A program made the translations under genes and the position numbers. A stretch of DNA of 56,955 nt, filler included, from Platydemus manokwari (lineage: Eukaryota), in the NCBI GenBank assembly GCA_037951405.1. It is 5 parts of 5 records of this genome, joined end to end, with 100 filler letters (N's around TTAATTAATTAA, not from the genome) between each part and the next. Parts side by side here need not be neighbours in the genome. Positions count along the whole stretch, not along the records: positions 47,474 to 56,955 come from JBBMOY011242874.1; 4 more parts are not named here. One strand, 5' to 3'. Below the pieces are notes generated by a model. That model saw only the letters and a list, made by a program, of their open reading frames with translations, ran no database searches and had not been told where the DNA came from. Every line of letters begins with the position of its first letter. Position 1 is the first letter of the stretch. Of the stretch, positions 53,311-56,955 are shown piece after piece.

Positions 53311-56300
53311 TAAATCAAAATATTTACGAGTGATTATAATATTTATAATAACCACTTTATAATCATCATAGCAGACATAATTATAATTACACCAAGTGGA
53401 TTTATCTTAACGGTGCTCTTAAATTAAATCATATATCTTCAATTTAATATTTATCGTAAACAGAAAACCTTTAAATTTTAATATATATTAAAATATATTA
53501 TATATATAATTAGTAGGATCAAAAAATAAACGAAAACATATAGAAGACATTTGATTGGCAATGCGAATCGATTCTAAAAAAATGAAGACATTTATTCCCA
53601 GAAATAATCGTCTAATTATAAGAAATGATAGATGTTGCAGCTATTTATCGTCACTGTAACACCAATTTTTAATCTAACATTGCCCAAATTTTATTTTGGT
53701 CCAATCGAAATAGAAATTTTCGAATTATTTCACCGAAATTATTGATCGAACATACACCGAAATTCTCTGTATCATTCTAAAATACGATTTATCTCAGAAC
53801 ACAATATAAAACTATAAAATAATCCCAGTCAACTATGAGGATTGAATTTTCAAAATATATCCTATTAGTTAAATGATTCGGAAATATGTTATTATTTCAT
53901 TTTCCATTTCTTTGCCCAAGTTAGAATTGTGTTTACATAATTTTACAATTATCAGTTCGTCACAATGCAAATAGATAACCCGGCAAATGGAGGAATCATG
54001 AATTTGTTATATCCTGCTGATTGATGGAAATCGTTTAGAACTTCGTTATATTGATGGATCTAGAAATCGGACAGAGTTAGAAAATTCATGAAACGTGCTT
54101 GTGATGGAATGTTATTTGGTTGGATAGGATTCAAAAAATTTTTCAAAACAGAAATACAAGCAACGCAAAACAAAATTTCCATAAAAATTTCAATGTAAAA
54201 ACCAGTCGCTATATTTCACTAGAAAAAGTTCATTTGGAATATTTAATTGAAATGAATGTCAAATTTCCAAAAAAAAACTTCAAAAAAAATTATAATCTCG
54301 AGAACAGAACGAACAACTCTTTCTCTCAATCATTAAAACAAGAATATACGTACTAGGCTAGCATAGGAGGAAAAATTTTAGTTTTAATATCGATCAATAT
54401 TTTCGCTACAATCATGACCTTTTATCAGTTTTTTTACAATTTTTTCTTTAAGAAAATATTCTATTTGGAACTTAGCGCAACTACGAAAATTAGTAGGAAT
54501 TCCAGATTTCAAGAAGTAGTTTAAACCATCCTAATAGATGATTTTTCAAGTCTTAGCTTTGGGCAAAAATGGTAAATCAAATAACAATCAATATTAAATT
54601 TCAACATAAAATATTGCTAAAATGAATAAAATCATTTTCAAGTGTGAAGGAAAAGAACACAATGAAAACAGTAGAATAAAAATACTAATAAATATCCACG
54701 GAAAAATATGCAAACATTTCAACAAATATTTTTCTTCAAATTCATTAATTCGTTTTCTTTCCATTTTAAAAATCTCTGATAAAATGTTATATAAATTGCT
54801 TATTTGATACTAGATTTTGTTAATCATTTCTATAGGACAGTGACGATGAAAAGGATTTAAACAGAAATTCGGACAGAAAATAGGCAAAACAATTTTCCAC
54901 CAACCCATTTAAGCGAAATTCGTGGAAAATTCTTCCAAATTTATTGTATTTTCAAATAGTTAATATGAGATACATAAGTACTTGTAACAAGAAAATAACA
55001 TTCGCAAATCAAAATCGGTTCATATTATTTTAACCTCAGATTATATTATATTCAAAATCCATTTCTTGACACACAGGACACCACTAGCATAGGGAAATAA
55101 ATTATCAAGTTAATTTTGTTTATATTTATATTAATCCCAATTTTCTTTCATAATTAGGGATTTGTAGGTAATAAATTTTATTATATTTACGATTCTTTGA
55201 AATTTTTATTATATGATTGATTATAATATAAATAATATAATTAATTTTACAATAAATTTATTTCAACGAAAAAAAGAAAAAAAATTTTTCCCAAAACCGA
55301 CTATTTTGAAGTATCAATAAAAGAAAAATTTGCAAAACACTTCTCTTAACATTATATTTTCGGCGATAAAATGTGGTGAAAACAGGCAATATAAGAAAAA
55401 ATTATCAAAAAATGTAAAAAAATTATTTTGATATAAATAATAAAATATAAACTGAAATCGCTTTATATATATATGGAAATTTCTCAATTATATTTTGCTT
55501 TTGCAAGTTTTCAATTGAATCAATCTTAAGTGACAAATACCCATCTTTGGAATTTGTCGAAACCATCTATTAGATAAAATTTAAATTTTTTTTAATTTGA
55601 ACATTTTATTATAGAAATATTAAAACAAAATTTTATTACGGTTTCTAAATTTTTAAAATTTGGCTTATTTTGAGATCAATCTTAACATGAGTATATTCAT
55701 ACGTTAAATATAACATTAATTTATTCAATAACGTAATTATTACAATGTTTCATACTATTTATTTATTAAGATAAATTGGAAATTGATTTTAAATTTTCTA
55801 TTTTATTATTCTTTTGTTGTGAGAAGGGAAAAATGCAAAAATTCTAGAGAATCAGAAATGTTTGCAATGAGCAGATTAGTGCCATATCCCGATAACAAAA
55901 CAGAAGAAGATGGAAATATGCTCATGTTCATAGCATAAATGGAAGAAAAATAATGCCGAAACAAACAGAGAAAGAATGTGATAACGAGAAATTGGGTAAT
56001 AAAATATGGCAGCATTGGTAAAATTATAAAAATACTGGGAGGAGCTGTAACAGAACAAAGAGATCGAGTGGTAGAAAAATAAATTGGAATTATTGGGTCC
56101 AAGGGGATTGGAGGTTGCAATTTTTATTTCATTAATAGTACTAATCAGTACGTATATAAACAACTCTAAAATTCAACAAACACTCCATAAATCAATACAA
56201 ATCAATGTCATAATACTTGGCTTCCAACTGGTAGTTGGTCATCTTTATATCAGTATTTATATTTGAAATTTGTGTGGTATTTGTGTATCACTTTTGATTT

Positions 56301-56955
56301 GGGCCTATTATTTTTCAAGTTCCAACTGGCTTTAATGATTTTATATACTCAGAATTCTTCTTTTTGAACAAATAATAAATATAAACTAAACTTTATACAT
56401 CTAAAATCTGAAAAGTTGTAAAGTTAGTTCTTGGGATTTCTACGATTATTTGCTGTAAGATAAAATTTAATCCAATAAATTTTTACATTATATTGCTTTT
56501 GTTATATGTGAAAAAATTAATTAAAATTTACATCTCATTTAACTAATACATTTATATTCATAAAGAACTCATGGTGCCGAGTTTCAAAAAACATTTTAAC
56601 ACCACAAACACTTTTACAAACTCATTTATTAGTAATTATTATAATTATTTTAGGAATATCATTATTAAACAATTAATTAAAAAACAAAAACTATTTTATA
56701 TAATTTAGATTCTATAAAGCAGCTTTAAATGCGATAATAATAACTAGTATTATAGTTGATATAAATGTTAAGATTTTTACTGTAATTCTAATTTAATTTT
56801 TCAGGTTTCTTATGTTCACTGTTAAAAAGGTATACCATACAAGTCATTATTTCATATTTGTTTAATTCAAGTAATATGTATTGATATATTGTGCCCAGTT
56901 AATACTAACTGAAGATTAATTGGATATTTTCGTTTTTATTAGGGTTTTTAGTAAT

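Noticed and set aside
53131-53355. Poly-Asn ORF
   Set aside because: Product of the intronic (ATT)n microsatellite, overlapping the G-alpha-q exon out of frame.
55820-56110. Trp/Cys-rich, TSP1-like translation
   Set aside because: Multiple stops and unconvincing Cys spacing.

Overview
AT-rich eukaryotic (metazoan) genomic DNA with mostly 40-60 nt GT-AG introns plus a few kb-long introns filled with transposon relics. A compact-genome ciliated invertebrate such as an orthonectid is plausible, but this is inference only. The window is five contigs joined by artificial 100-bp linkers (44N-TTAATTAATTAA-44N), so adjacency across linkers is unproven. Recognisable genes: CFAP69 (complete, minus strand), internal exons of TPCN2 and of a G-alpha-q gene, a PtpB/IphP-like (Y_phosphatase3) phosphatase and an STI1/DP-like protein. 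Mobile DNA: Ty3/gypsy LTR-PBS-gag relic, pogo and mariner-type relics, two NeSL/Utopia-like non-LTR relics, a TRIM with four solo LTRs, and a hAT MITE. The standout is a tandem pair of genes at 1-10414. The two ~1000-aa ORFs in the ORF track are single giant exons. In the complete copy the giant phase 2-2 exon sits inside a secreted C-type lectin-like domain and splits it into N- and C-halves. The insert is built from ~10 copies of an unfamiliar Trp-anchored helical module and has an RKKR furin motif near its end. Skipping it would rebuild a compact lectin in frame.
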